A stretch of 64,000 nucleotides of DNA from positions 121,148,001-121,212,000 of the forward strand of contig OZ024743.1 in the NCBI GenBank assembly GCA_964016885.1, written 5' to 3'. The stretch comes from Eledone cirrhosa (lineage: Eukaryota). Positions 39,948 through 53,134 of the stretch are shown in pieces (position 1 is the stretch's first letter; each line of letters opens with the position of its first letter). Position numbers and translations under genes: made by a program. Under the pieces are notes generated by a model, which did no database searches, was not told the DNA's origin, and saw nothing but the letters and a program-made list of their open reading frames with translations.

Positions 39948-40562
39948 ATTAAAAGTATATAAAATAAACACATCAAATAGTTACAGGGGATATGTTGTGA
40001 AGAGTGTAAACATACATAGTTACGGAGGTAACATATTAAGAATTAACAAGAACTTAGAATATAGATACCTTTCAATAAAGATTAATCTCCTTTGTTTATA
40101 TTCCATTGAAAAAATATATTTCACCATTAATCAGTGAATCTTAGATGTTCGCCGTAAAGCTAGTGGCGTGAAAAGAGTTATCGACAGTTAGAAATAGCAG
40201 CCGAGTCCTTTCAACACAATAAGCTCTACTCATATAGATAGGAGCCCCACATAGTATCAAAAATTAGATTAAGGATTACTTTTAATTTAATTTAATGTAA
40301 ATGCTCGGATTTACTACTGGGAATCTTAGAGCTTATTCCACAGGTGGTATGGTGCATGATTCTGATATTCTCAGATATGACATCCTTAATCTAATGTTGA
40401 TTATATATATATAAAATTGAAAAAGTGAAGAATAACATGGTCAACAGTACGTAAAGCCCTTGTTGAGTCAAACAACGCCGTACGCTAAAACTATCCATAA
40501 TACGAAGTATTCACAACCTCTAACTGGATTACCTATAACGATATTTTGTTATCCCTTATATA

Positions 40563-41918
40563 TATATAATATATAAGATCAAAAGATGGTTAAAAGAGTT
40601 CCATGTATTTTATTATGCGCATTTCAAAAACAAATATCATCATGCGATGACATTTGCGTTTTCGTCAGATAAAATAGGGAGACATGATATGAAGATTAAA
40701 AAACACTTGTGAATAGTGCAGTTTTAAATCAACATATGAAAAGTAGTTTTAGATTGATGTGTGATATTGGGGAAAAAATGAGAGGGGGGGGGAGGATGAA
40801 AAAGAGGAGTTGAGAGTAAAGAAATAGAGGGGGAGGAGTATAATAAGGACGGATGAGATAGGAGGAGAGATGGGTGATAGAGAGAGAGAGAGATAGCTTT
40901 TATAACTGAGAAAAATATATTGTTTTACAGAGAGAGGTTAAAAAACCGTTGGAAGATAATATATAAATTAAAAGAATTTGAAAAATAACGAAGAGAAAAA
41001 TTTAAGAATAATGTTAAATTAAGGTTTTTATATTGTAGGATTTAATAATATGTGCGATGGAAAGAAATTGTTGATATGTATTAAGAATAATATTAAATTA
41101 AGGTTTGAATATTGAAGGGTTTAATAATATGTGCGATGGAAAGAAATTGTTGATATGTATTATTAAAAATAAAAATAGTAATGTAATTAAGGATATATTG
41201 TGAAAAGAAGTAGAAGAGTGGTTGAATTATGAATTTAGAGGAATTAGTTAGTGTTTAAGTTTGTTTTTATGTAATGTAATATGTATGTGTAATATATGTA
41301 AATAGTTTGTTTACAAATGAGCGCAGAAAGCAAAGAAGGAGATAGTGTTTAAGGAGAAGACCTTAACATCAAAATATGTATGTTTATGAAGTATTTCCTA
41401 ATGGTAATAATATAATGTAATAAAGGAGATTAGTTAGGGTTTAAGTTTGTTTTTATGTGTTGTGATGTGTAATATGTAGAAGTTAGACGAGCATGAAATG
41501 GAGAAAAAAATAATGAATTGAGGATGAATAATCTAACGTCAAAAAAAATGTTTATGTTTGCGAAGGATTTTTCAAGGTGATACTATAAAGTATTTAAAAG
41601 GGTAATAGTAAGTTTTATGGCCAGTGATAGGATGGAAGAAGGAAGAGTGGATATATTGTGGTGAGTAATAATGAGAATTGAGAAGTATCTAGGAAGAAAA
41701 GGTACAGATTAGAGGTTAGAAATTAAAAGGAAAAAAAGAAAACGCAAATGTCATCGCATTATGATATTTGTTTTTGAAATGCGCATAATAAAATACATCG
41801 AACTCTTTTAACCATCTTTTGATCTTATATATTATTTATACTCCAGTCCTACAAACTGTAGAGTGCTACTTATCCGATATCTGCATTGCTTTATTGTACT
41901 ACAATAAAACTCACCTCC

Positions 41919-41921
<3 letters not shown>
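40563..41921. mobile_element. Non-autonomous Penelope-like element with asymmetric inverted ends
   Basis: 40566-40663 is the reverse complement of 41738-41836; the right end has ~85 nt of extra tail; (TA)n flanks; internal ~80 bp tandem repeat at 41002-41162; no ORF. Confidence 0.75.
40606..40676 (-). ncRNA. Minimal type I hammerhead ribozyme
   Basis: TATTTTAT-CTGACGA-[stem II AAACGCAAATGTCATC GCAT GATGATATTTGTTTTT]-GAAA-TGCGCA-TA-ATAAAATA: intact core, 8-bp stem I, palindromic stem III. Confidence 0.85.
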
Positions 41922-41961
<40 letters not shown>

Positions 41962-43184
41962 GACGGATTATCAAAGCGTTTCAAAGAACCAAATTATGTT
42001 AAAACTGGAAAAAACTTAAACACCACAGGAAATGTCCCCATCAATTATAATATTGCGCGCTTCTGCCAAAACCAAATAAAAAGGGGATGGGTTTAACATC
42101 AATTTAAACAGTTTTTCGTCACAAAATATCTCATCGACAACATATACTATCTAACGAACATATACTATCTAACGAACATATACTATCTAACGAGCATGTT
42201 ATGTATACATGAGGCAAACAGCACCATAATATTGGAAAGTATTTCCTGATTGATAAACAGGGATGTACACTGAGGAAAAATGCCTATATCTACCCCTTTA
42301 CAACCTCAGATGAAAGTTTCTTCGCTTACCAACAGAAGCGCATACATAACTAAGTCGCTAGAAAGCTTCACAGAAAATCAAAGTAGAAGGTTTTTGACAA
42401 TTGACGAGTATATTAATTCTCATTTGGAAATATGATTTCGAAATATAGGAACAGAAAGTAAACAGAAAATACCTCATCAATACAGGAGCAGGAATGCAAA
42501 CAATACATCTAGATAGAACAATCAGCGCAGCTGTATGGAATTAACTCTGAAAACATGATCTACACTATAAGCAACCTCCAAAAAGCGTCATCGGGGATAC
42601 TATCTTGAGATGAAAACAATATGTCTAGTGAATCGAATGAAGCACAGGGGATACCCACCCATATTATAAAGATATAATATTGGATTGTTCTTATAATCTT
42701 TTAATGTTCTTTTAATAAGAAGAAAGTATAACTAACATTAAAATAACATTAAAGAAGACAGAAAAAGAAAATATAATTCCCGAGCTAATGAGAAATCTGT
42801 ATGAAATACATTCCTTGTGTATTCTATACTTGTAAATAGTTGGTTATGTAACTAAATACTACGGCACCAATCATCAATAGCAGGACATCACAAAGCCAGG
42901 GAGAACACAGCTAATTAAGAAATTAGATATTATCAAGGCAAATGAAAATATCTAACACATTACAGACGTTTAATTTTTAAGAGGTGTCTATTCACATAGA
43001 TATTTACAAAGATAATAATGAAACCATATATTTATATTCATACATACACTCGTACATACATACATACACCCCCCCCCCCCCCCCACATACATACATACAT
43101 GCATGCATACATACATACATACATACATACGTACATACATACATACATACATACATACATACATACATACATACATACATACAT

Positions 43185-43460
43185 GATGGCTGCAACTCTG
43201 CTAGGAGTATTGCAATCGTTTGTCAGATTATAGAGTTTGGTGCACCTTTAGGCTACGGCCAGCCACACGAACCAGTAACATATCCTGGACAAGCAAGGCC
43301 TGCGCTTTAAAGGTTTTTTTAAGTGGGGAAAGGCCTTGCACTCTACCAATCCCACTCTGTGAGCATCAAAAACACTACCCGAAAAGGAGAACTGGTCAAG
43401 ATCATCGAATGCTTCTGAAGCCGTAGATTTCTTTTCAGAGTTTCCCTCTCCTAGAAAGGT
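43185..43460. mobile_element. Repeat fragment adjoining (CATA)n, related to 46347-47207
   Basis: Shared GGCTGC(C)AACTC start and TCAGAGTTT(T)CC.TCTCCTAGAA motif. Confidence 0.45.
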
Positions 43461-43484
43461 GTTGTGACGACACCTGGGAGCCTT

Positions 43485-45768
43485 TGCGTCCGTTCTTCCA
43501 CGCTAACATGGGTTAGACGTGTTGTCCTGTTGTGGGCAGTGTCCAGTCGGCTGAACATGCCTTGCTCATACGGGAGCTGATTCTGTCTTGATTTCTACAG
43601 CTGGATGCCCTTCCTAACACCAACCTCTGCTAGGAGGGAAGCAGAGGATAGAAAATTCAAGCATGTTTTGCAACGTGAGGACCAGAAACAGTTCAAGATT
43701 GCGAGGCAGTGTGTCAGAGAGAATTGTGATGTCATTTGAGAGAAGTGTATCCAGAATGATAAAGGTGAGCTTGCCCTCACAAGTGCTGAGAAGAAAGATG
43801 CGTGGAAGAGCCATTATGATAGATTACTAAATGAGGAGAATACATGGGAAGAAGAGACCCTACCTTTTAACAGACTTCATTGTTTGCATTTGGGGCAGAG
43901 AATGGAGTTCCTACCTACACCTTTCCTACATACTGAGCAAGGCCATTTCCCTGAGGGGATTTGGGTTCTGTTTTCTCGTCTACTTACAAGGACCTTAGTC
44001 TTTGTCAGGTTGACGTTGAGACCCTTTCTTTATAGTCCCTGCTTCCAAGTTTGGAATTTCTTCTCTAGTTCTACCATAGATTCAGCTATAAGTGCGAGAT
44101 CATCTGCATACAGGAGTTCCAATGGGCATCCGGTCTTAAACTCCTCCGTTATTGCCTGCAGGACTATGATGAACAGGTGAGGGCTAACAACAGAGCCCTG
44201 GTGGACACCGACCTGTACGCTAAATTCCTCGCTATACTCATTGCTAATCCTAACTTTGCTGACTGCTCCCCTATACATGGCTTGTACAGCTTTCACAAGC
44301 CATTCATCTACTCCTAGTTTTCTAAGAGCCCACCAGATTATAGCACGGGGAACTCTATTAAAGGCTTTCTCGAGATCGACGAATGCCAGGTAGAGTGGCT
44401 TCCGTTTAGCTAGGTACTTTTCCTGTAACTGCCTCACAAGGAAGAGGGCATCAGTGGTGCCTCTTTCAGGCACAAACCCAAATTGCATCTCAACTAGTTT
44501 CACCCGGTTCCTAATCATGTTACTTTCATGACCTTGTCCATCAGCTTTATACCTCTATAGTTTCCTCTATCTAGTGCATCGCCTTTAACTTTCTAACAGT
44601 TGACAATGATGCTACTGCACCAATCTTTTGGTATGACACCTTCTACTATTACCTGGTTAACAATACGTGTGGTTATAGTGTGACCCACAGACCCAGATGC
44701 CTTCAGCATCTCGGCAGCTATACCCGATGGACCGGTTACCTTCCCCGTCTTCATATCTTTGATTGCCTTACTTACTACGCTGCTGCTGACTTGTCCTGCT
44801 GGCCCCTCTATAGGGTCTACTTGGGGTAGGGTCTCTTCTTCCCATACATTCTCCTCATTTAGTAATCTATCATAATGGCTCTTCCACGCATCTTTCTTCT
44901 CAGCACTTGTGAGGGCAAGCTCACCTTTATCATTCTGGATACACTTCTCTCCAATGACATCATAATTCTCTCTGACACACTGCCTCGCAATCTTGAACAC
45001 CTGTTTCTGGTCCTCACGTTGCAAAACATGCTTGAATTTTCTATCCTCTGCTTCCCTCCTAGCTAAGTATACTTGTCGCCTAGCTTCTCTCTTGTCTCTA
45101 TGTAATGTACCCTGCTTCCCCGTTCTTCCATTCTTTCCATGCCTATTGGCCTTAACTGCCTCTCTACCTTATTGTTCCACCACCAAGTCACTCTCCTCCT
45201 GCCTATGGTCTTACTCCAGCCACAGATTTCATCCGTCGCCTTTAGTAAGTTATTTTTTAGGAACTCCCAGTGCTCTTCTACATTGAATGTCTGTATCTGT
45301 TCTTATTTACTGTCATAGGCGTTGAGTAAAATATCTTTAAATCTGTTACTGGCTGAGGGGTCTTTCAGCTTCCATATCTTTCTTCTCCAGTTTGGCTTCT
45401 GTTTCCAGGTTTGTCTAGTTCTGACCGTGAGGCCACTGACAACTAAGCTATGTTGGAAAGTACATTCCCCACTAGGGAAGGCTTTTGTGTTTACGACCGT
45501 CCATCTGTCACGTCTTCTGGTGAGGATAAAATCTATCTGACTAGAATGCTCCCCTGATCTATAAGTGATCAGATGGCTGTCGGGTTTTTTGAAGTTTGTG
45601 TTACATATTGACATGTCATTGGCGTCTCAGAATTCTAGGAGCCTGAGGCCTTCTTCATTTTTTGTGCCAACCCCATGGCCTCCATGGACTCTATAGAAGC
45701 CGCCATGGTGTTTACCTACGTGTCCGTTAAAATCTCCTGCAATGATTAGGAAGTCATTGTCGTTTGTT
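43485..45768 (-). mobile_element. RTE LINE (EN and RT fragments) with an internal inverted duplicated segment
   Basis: GDFNGHVG, SQIDFILTR, QFGFVPERGTTDA, AFVDLEKAF, GVHQGSVVSP, LLYADDL. 43630-43864 is an inverted copy of 44826-45063; 3' UTR at 43485-43625. Confidence 0.9.
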
Positions 45769-45784
45769 ATATATATATATATAA

Positions 45785-46325
45785 ATTAATAATTAACGGT
45801 GCTGCGATGGAATGTGGCTTTTTAGCCCAACCAATGATCTAAAATGTCTTGCACAGAGTTGGCAATCATGATAAAAACATTCACTGGCAATAGCCGGCTG
45901 TGGTTGGTCGTCTTGTACTTTTGCATGTCGTTTGGACCCTCCTGCTGATCTACACTCTTCTCCACGTGCTTGACAGGTATGATGAGTAGCATCTCCGACA
46001 GCAGCCTGGTTGTCAACCACTGGTCTCACTTTATGACTGCGAAGATGATTTTGGAGTCTAGCTTTGCTGATGCAGTCTTACACAGACGCTGCATGTCAGC
46101 GCCATAGGAGGACCTTTGCTCTCTGGAAATGTGACAGCAATGCCTTTCCTGACATCCGTATTTACTTTCTCGTATATATACGTTGACTCTGCTGAGTTCG
46201 TCCAGCCTTCGCCGGGTCTTGTATTTCATCCCGCATGGTGTCCAAATATCACCGGTTTAGTCGCCGATAACCCGATCGGTTGTACTGGGTTACATATTAC
46301 CAGTAGCACTTGAGAACGACCTGAC
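45785..46325 (-). mobile_element. Internally deleted RTE-like element (5' UTR plus C-terminal C2H2 finger)
   Basis: CQLCARHFRSLVGLKSH..HR immediately before the stop; leader GGCGACTAAAC shared with 47325-47355. Confidence 0.55.
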
Positions 46326-47207
46326 ATACATACATATATACATACATGGTGGCTGCCAACTCGTTTTCGAGTACGGCCACTACATTATATCCATGTAGGA
46401 GAACCCCTACCGAGGCGCTGAACGAGTGTGACTTTTTAGTCCAGCCAGCGACTTGAAAACTGGTAAAAATACTACACTTGTGACAATTACTGACACATAG
46501 TGCTGGGCCCATGGTATCATGTGACGACAAGTGCAGAGAGATCTCCAGATATAAAGCAATGCCTGTGCCGTGAAGCTTTTATAGTGAGCAAAGGCACTGC
46601 ACAAAGCCAGTCCCACTCTCTTAACCAAGATGATATTTACCAAAAAGAAGAACAAGTTAACATCATTGGATACCATCAGGGTTGCAGGTGTTATATCAGA
46701 GTTTTCCTTCTCCTAGAATTCTGCCTTGACAAAGGCTAAGGGGTCATCTCTCCCATACATACATACATACATACATACATACATACATACATACATACAT
46801 GGTGGCTGCCAACTCGTTTTCGAGTACGGCCACTACTTTATATCCATGTAGGAGAACCCCTACCGATGCGCTGAACGAATGTGACTTTAGTCCAGCCAGC
46901 GACTTGAAAACTCTGGTACAAAGACTACACTTGTGACCATTATTGACACATAGTGCAGGGCCCATGGTACCATGTGATGACAAGTGCAGAGAGATCTCCA
47001 GATATAAAGCAATGCCTGTGCTGTGAAGCTTTTATAGTGAGCAAAGGCACTGCACAAAGCCAGTCCCACTCTCTTAACCAAGATGATATTTACCAAAAAG
47101 AAGAACAGGTCAACATCATTGGATACCATCAGGATTGCAGGTGTTATATCAGAGTTTTCCTTCTCCTAGAATTCTGCCTTGACAAAGGCTAAGGGGTCAT
47201 CTCTCCC
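46325..47207. repeat. ~453 bp tandem duplication, each unit starting with (CATA)n
   Basis: 46347-46755 and 46800-47207 are near-identical; a degraded third copy lies at ~48240-48500. Confidence 0.92.
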
Positions 47208-47539
47208 GGTGATTTTGGATGGCTATTGACTCTTAAGAGCTCCCTTGCCCTTTGACAGGTTTTGTTTTTAGTCCTGCAGGATGTCCAAAGTCACCCTCCT
47301 CACCAAGAAACCTTGGTGGGGTTGCCAGTTTAGTCGCCAACGACCCGACCATGAGATACATACATACATACATACATAAGATACATACATACATACATAC
47401 ATACATACATACATACATACATACATACATACATACATACACAAGAAAATATAAACATAGAAACATATAGTCTACATTGAAATTAAGAAAACTACAAGCA
47501 ACATATACCAGTTTCATTGACTAGTCCTCATATGCTATT

Positions 47540-47900
47540 ACTATCCAAAAATGTTAATACATCTTAAAATTTCAGTCCCGAATATATTAAATAAAGTGAC
47601 CAAAATATAGAGTATAGCATAGATTAGCTTTTTAATATTATTACATTGAATTATATTTCCTGTTTTATATTTATAGCAAAGTAGAAATAATTCCATTAAA
47701 TGGGCTACAGTAAAAATCACAAAGACAACAAGGCGTCTGGCTGATTTCTTTCTTATGTATAGGTGTCTAAAGTTCAAGTACTACTAGAATAGATTTCGCA
47801 TATCATCCCAATGGGAACGCCATTAATTTACTTGGTGAAATCAGTCAATTAGTCTTCCACTATAACATCTTTCATCGTTTCATATGAAAATGAATCAATA
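47540..47900 (-). pseudogene. Decayed cadherin-repeat relic
   Basis: DVIVED*LTDF..NGVPIGMI..KTGNIIQ..KLIY in cadherin motif order. Confidence 0.35.
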
Positions 47901-48559
47901 AATAAAGGCTAATCTAGAAAGAAGCAATTTCCAATTCCAATGCATAACATTGATGATCACGATGCCATGCCTCAAAAAATGACTGTATTAAAATTGAATT
48001 TGCATAATACAAACGGGTCAAGTTGTAACAGCATTTATTTTTGAAAATCACATTTAACCTAAACCTATTATCTAAGAGAAGCAAAAGAAAAGCTATACAA
48101 CAACTAAACATTTCAAACTATTTACAAATGCAGAGCTTGCAAACCCAAAGAACATGCATATATACATATATACGTATATATATTGGTTACATTTCAGTTT
48201 CGAGAATTGCCATCACTTGACTTTTTTCTCATACATGGGTGGCACCAACATGATCTTTTAACCCTACCAAGGACTTAGACTGATTTCTACATATGCTATA
48301 ACGAAAGTAAAAAGGAAAGGTCATGCTTGCCTAACACACGTGAAAGTTGTTTAGATCAAATGATGCCTGTGCTTGAAGCTTTTTTAAGTGAAGAAATGCT
48401 TTGCATTGGACCAAATACATTTTCTGAACAACAGTGACAGTTATCCAAAAAGAAGAATTGGTCAACATGATTGGCTGCCATCGAGTTGCAAGTTACTGTT
48501 AGGAAGTCATTCTAGGAAAAGGAATGTAGGAATGGATTTTGGCTAGGATAAATGTTCAT

Positions 48560-51340
48560 ATATGATTGTATAGCGGGGAAAATCTGCAAGCCAATCTAGT
48601 AGTATTTTTATCAATGTCCTAAGCTGTTTCACTGATATCTTACAAGAGCTGCTGCAGATACCTGGGGCTATATGAGAATGCATCCTGTGATGGTATATGT
48701 AACAAGGAAGCGTAAACAATAAAACAATGGCTCACAATATGTTTGCTGTGCTTGTCTTAACACCAAATTCTGGAATAGTCGATTCGGCGATAGACGAAAT
48801 CCGAGCTATTTATGTTAAAACCCAAAAATCTTGAACAACACCAAATAACAGTGGCATAGACCGCCTCTACGTGAAACGTATACAGGGAAGCAGAGGCCTA
48901 GCACCAGTCTAGACAGCATTTGAGATGCCAACAACATCTACGAACCACCAAGCCTAGGATCCAATCTATTGAGCAAGTATGTCTACATGAGACAGATAAG
49001 ATCATGAGAGTTGGGAAGGAACTCCATGAAAGATACTCCCTGTATGATAATAAAAAAAATCGTACCCAGGAAAATCGCCCAGCAATACTGTAGTGAATCC
49101 ATGGATGAAAAATGTTATGCTTATCTTCAAAGAATCATGCATGGATATATTGCCAGGAGGCTCCAGAGTAAGAGTAATATAGATAAGCAAAGCAGTTTAT
49201 CTTCGTCCAACAACCGTTATGTTGGCTCTCACTTTGCAGCCCAAGAACAGGAAATCAATAAAAAATACCTGATCTACAAATAAGATACGGATGCAAGCAA
49301 AGCAACAAGCTGTGACAACAAATGCAAACTCTGCATAATTAACATCGATGATGTCATCCACGTCATAAGCAGCTGTCTAAAGATGTCATCACGGTACTTC
49401 TTATCGTGTCCACAAGAGTGTCCGCTACAAAACTTGGCTAGATGTGGTTCCGCCACAATTGAACAGATTACTGTCCTTTCTCATTAAACTCTGCCAAGTC
49501 CATTGCTGTGCAGGGGTGTTCCAGCAGGGGGCATATCAGGAGGTGCTGCGTAGTCTGTGGTTCGATGCCGCAGTCATACACAACGTCCCCACCCTTTAAC
49601 TATCCCCATTTTCCCAGATTGGCTTTTACACGACCAAGACCAGATATTAATCTGCTGAGGCATTTCCACACTGCATAGTTGGTATTTGCTCCAGTGGCAG
49701 TTCCTCGCTCGCCTTTAGCTCCATTGTTGTTACAGATGGGAGTTTTTTCTCCCAGCGAGTGACTCTTTCACTACTTATATTTGATGTTCCAATTAGTGTG
49801 ACGCTCTTTAGGAAACTTTCTCTAGGCTTAAGGCGGCTTTTGGTTGGCACATGGCCGGAGAAAGGATATTTTTTATCTTTAGTCTGTTGATGACGCTCTT
49901 TCTTTATTGCTGCACCTCGTCGTATCTCTGGTGGGGCTATGCCTGCCAGGATATGCAGAGAGTCCGCAACTAGCATTGAGGGCGGGATCTAGCTTCTGGA
50001 CATGGACAGTTCGCTCCTATACTGGGCATACATACTCGGCAGATGAGTATCAGAGAGCTAGTGCAGTTGACTTCAGAGTCTGTGGCTTTTCACCCCAGGT
50101 TGTGCCAGTGAGCTTGCGGATGATGTTGTTCCTTGCATTCACTTTGCACTTGGTCTTCTCAATGTTGATCATAAAAGAAAAACATCTGTCCAGGGTTATA
50201 CCTAGATAGAGTTGGTGCTCACAGTGTTCAAGGGGGGTTCCTGACCAGTTAATCTTCTATTGGCGTTTGGCTTCACAGTTTCGCTGGTGGAAGGTAAACA
50301 TCTTAATAATAAGGTGTTAGCTCTTCCAGAGCATTGGAGAGTCTATCTTCCACAGCTTGTACACCTATGCCAAGATCGTCAGCATAGATAAAGTGTGTGC
50401 ACTTTTTGGTCGGTCGTTGGTGTAGATGTTGAAGAGAAGTGGTGCAAATACACTTTCCTGTAGGAGGCCATTCTTGGGTCTTCGCCTTCTGCTTTTCTTC
50501 CCTCCTAGTTCAACAAAGAAGTGCCTGTTTTCAAGCATGCTTTCAATCAACTCCGTCAGACAGATGTGTCTTGTGGTCTCCAGGATCTTGCTAAGGAGAC
50601 GTATGTGGTTGACTGTGTCATAGGACGCTGAGAGGTCGACAAACACAATCCTTTCCTCTTAGCCGTCATCGATCTACTGAGTGAGGTTGAGTACTTGGCT
50701 AGTTGTCGACTTGCCGGAGTGAAAGTCTGCTTGTTCAGGGATGAGGTGTTCGTCCTCAAAGGGGCCAATTGTGTTGTAGGTGTAAGTCAAATGTGATATT
50801 GGTTCTTAGGAGCGGATGGATCTTTCCCTGGTTTCAGCAGTCCTATTATCTGAGCTTTCTTCCACATATTTGCGTTGTGACCGAAGTGCTTGGTCTGTTC
50901 GCTTGCGATGTTATCCAATCCAATTGCCTTGCCTGATAATAAACATTAAAAGTTACAGAAATGTGGAAGACATACATAAAATGATAGAGTAATGGTGGAA
51001 TGTTCCAGTCAAAACCAAATAAAATGCAAGCATAACACACCAGATATAATGTTATAAAATGATATGGGACAAGGAAAAGAAGACTTGCACAGTAGTGAAA
51101 GTCGGCTGCCCAGCAGATGCCAATATAGTATTAAAGGTTATCGAAAAGGAGAGTATATATGCAGAACTCATGAGAAATCTGAAGATACTCCAACCTGTGA
51201 TTATTGGTATATTGGGATAGGTAACTGCCTCAGTACAAATTTTGAAAAGCTGGGCTTCACAGAACCAGAAAGAACACGACTAACTAGGAAATTACAAGTA
51301 CAATCCATTAATGGAATAGTAAAAAATATGTAAAACATTC
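48560..51340 (+). mobile_element. Old R4-like (REL endonuclease) LINE, split by a nested LINE
   Basis: DRLYVKRIQGSRG, MHGY, AAQEQEINKKYL and CKLC..HVISSC on the left; PDI..WDKEKKTC..VGCPAD resumes at ~51040. Confidence 0.7.
49405..50848 (-). mobile_element. Nested non-LTR LINE fragment (RT plus C-terminus; Ingi/I-group-like, clade uncertain)
   Basis: FVDLSASYDTVNH, NGLLQESVFAPLLFNIYTND and LAGIAPPEIRR. Confidence 0.75.
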
Positions 51341-52257
51341 AAAATTCTGCATGTAATAACTTTATGTACAGATACAAAACATATGCACAAGCACACATTT
51401 AACTCAAAACATCCACATCCACACATACAATAACATCCATACCTGCACACATATGCATGCAGACATACATATCTACCTAGTTGATGTATAAATCCCAATG
51501 AGAGAGTCTTGTATCTACGTTAGAAACCGACTCTCTCTCTCTCTCTCTCTATTGATAAAGATTTATAAAATTATAAAACCAGAACATATATACATACTTA
51601 TACAACGTAATGAAAACAACATCCAAACATATAGTCTTCCTCTTCAGAGCCAAAAATTCCTTTCAATACTAAATACAAGCTGGCACTACACAAGTAGACC
51701 TCCGGATGAATTTATCTTTCCGCTACTTCTATGACAACAAATAAGAAAATAGTAATACAAATAATGTTATTTATATTTTAGATTTGCTTATTCTCAACTC
51801 ACTATGTTTCAAATACCGCTGATAACTTTTCATTCCTCTACATCTCCCTCCTTACACTTTCGCCTGATCTCTCCATCACTCTCGAATTTCTTTTTTTCAT
51901 TACAATAATCAACAAAATATAGTCACTTGATAGTTTCTGGTTTATACAGAAGATAAAAAGTAAACAAGTGTATTCATGAGACGAGACCTATTCATAATAT
52001 CAATAAATAAACATTTTTAATTAATGCATATATATATATATACATTTGTCTATCTATCTATCTCTTTCTCTATATATATATTTATCTATATCTATATATG
52101 TATATATATAGATATATGTAAATATGTATATGTAAATATATCTTCGTATATATATATATATTGTCAAAGCTCTTCGCGTCATATTCTGTGGCCTCAGTGA
52201 CTAAGTTTTTATTTTGTGTGACTCTCCTTTATTCTGTCCTACACCATCTTGTTTTTG

Positions 52258-52299
<42 letters not shown>

Positions 52300-52304
<5 letters not shown>

Positions 52305-52487
52305 GGAAATGTGGTACGGAACCAGATGGACCATAACGCACCAAAGTACTCAATACTTAGGGTAGTAGAGTGGGTAATAAGAACGAGTAGGACCCCGACG
52401 GCTGAGCTCAAGCCGTTTCGACGGCTAATTCAGTCCAGAATTAGCCGTCGAAACGGCTTGAGTTCAGCCGTCGGGGTCCTACTCGTT

Positions 52488-52491
<4 letters not shown>
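52300..52491 (-). mobile_element. Palindromic short element, copy 6 (near-perfect ~55 bp hairpin, 6-nt loop)
   Basis: GAACGAGTAGGACCCCGACGGCTGAGCTCAAGCCGTTTCGACGGCTAATTC-AGTCCA-GAATTAGCCGTCGAAACGGCTTGAGTTCAGCCGTCGGGGTCCTACTCGTTC; (TA)n flanks. Confidence 0.88.
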
Positions 52492-52526
<35 letters not shown>

Positions 52527-53134
52527 GGGGGGGGCGTGTGTGTGTGTGTGCAGATATGGATGTTATTGCATGTTTGGATCTGTATGTTTTGATTTATATG
52601 TGTGCATGTGTATATACAGTGCATATTTTTACATTTCTATTAATGGAATGTACTTGCAATTTCCTAATTAGCCGTAAAAGCCCAGCTTCTCAATATTGTA
52701 CTGAGGCAGTTACTAACATATCCAAATGCCATTGTAACCACAGGTTCAAATATAGAAGTATAGTTAGAGTGAGTATCTATAGATTTCTCATTAGTTCAGC
52801 ATACATTTTCTCATTTTTACTCATCTTTAACATTATTAGACGGATATATATCTACGATTTCGAATGAAATATATTCATTGTATATCATCAGAGGACTACC
52901 CAGTTATTTAACAATGCTGCTAATTAAGGCATTACTGATGGAAATATTATTCATCTTAAATAGTCTCCCACACCATATATGTGACTGCTGGCGTAGATGC
53001 ATGTATGTATGTATGTATGTATGTATGTATGTATGTATGTATGTATGTATGTATGTATGTATGTATGTATGTATGCATGTATGTATGCATGTAAGTGTGG
53101 ACGGATGGAGGGATGGATGGATGGATGTGAAGAC

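Noticed and set aside
42140-42195. Short direct repeats (CATATACTATCTAACGAA x3; also 10532-10568, 28570-28636, 36006-36068)
   Set aside because: Slippage duplications without unique spacers; not CRISPR, and the context is eukaryotic.
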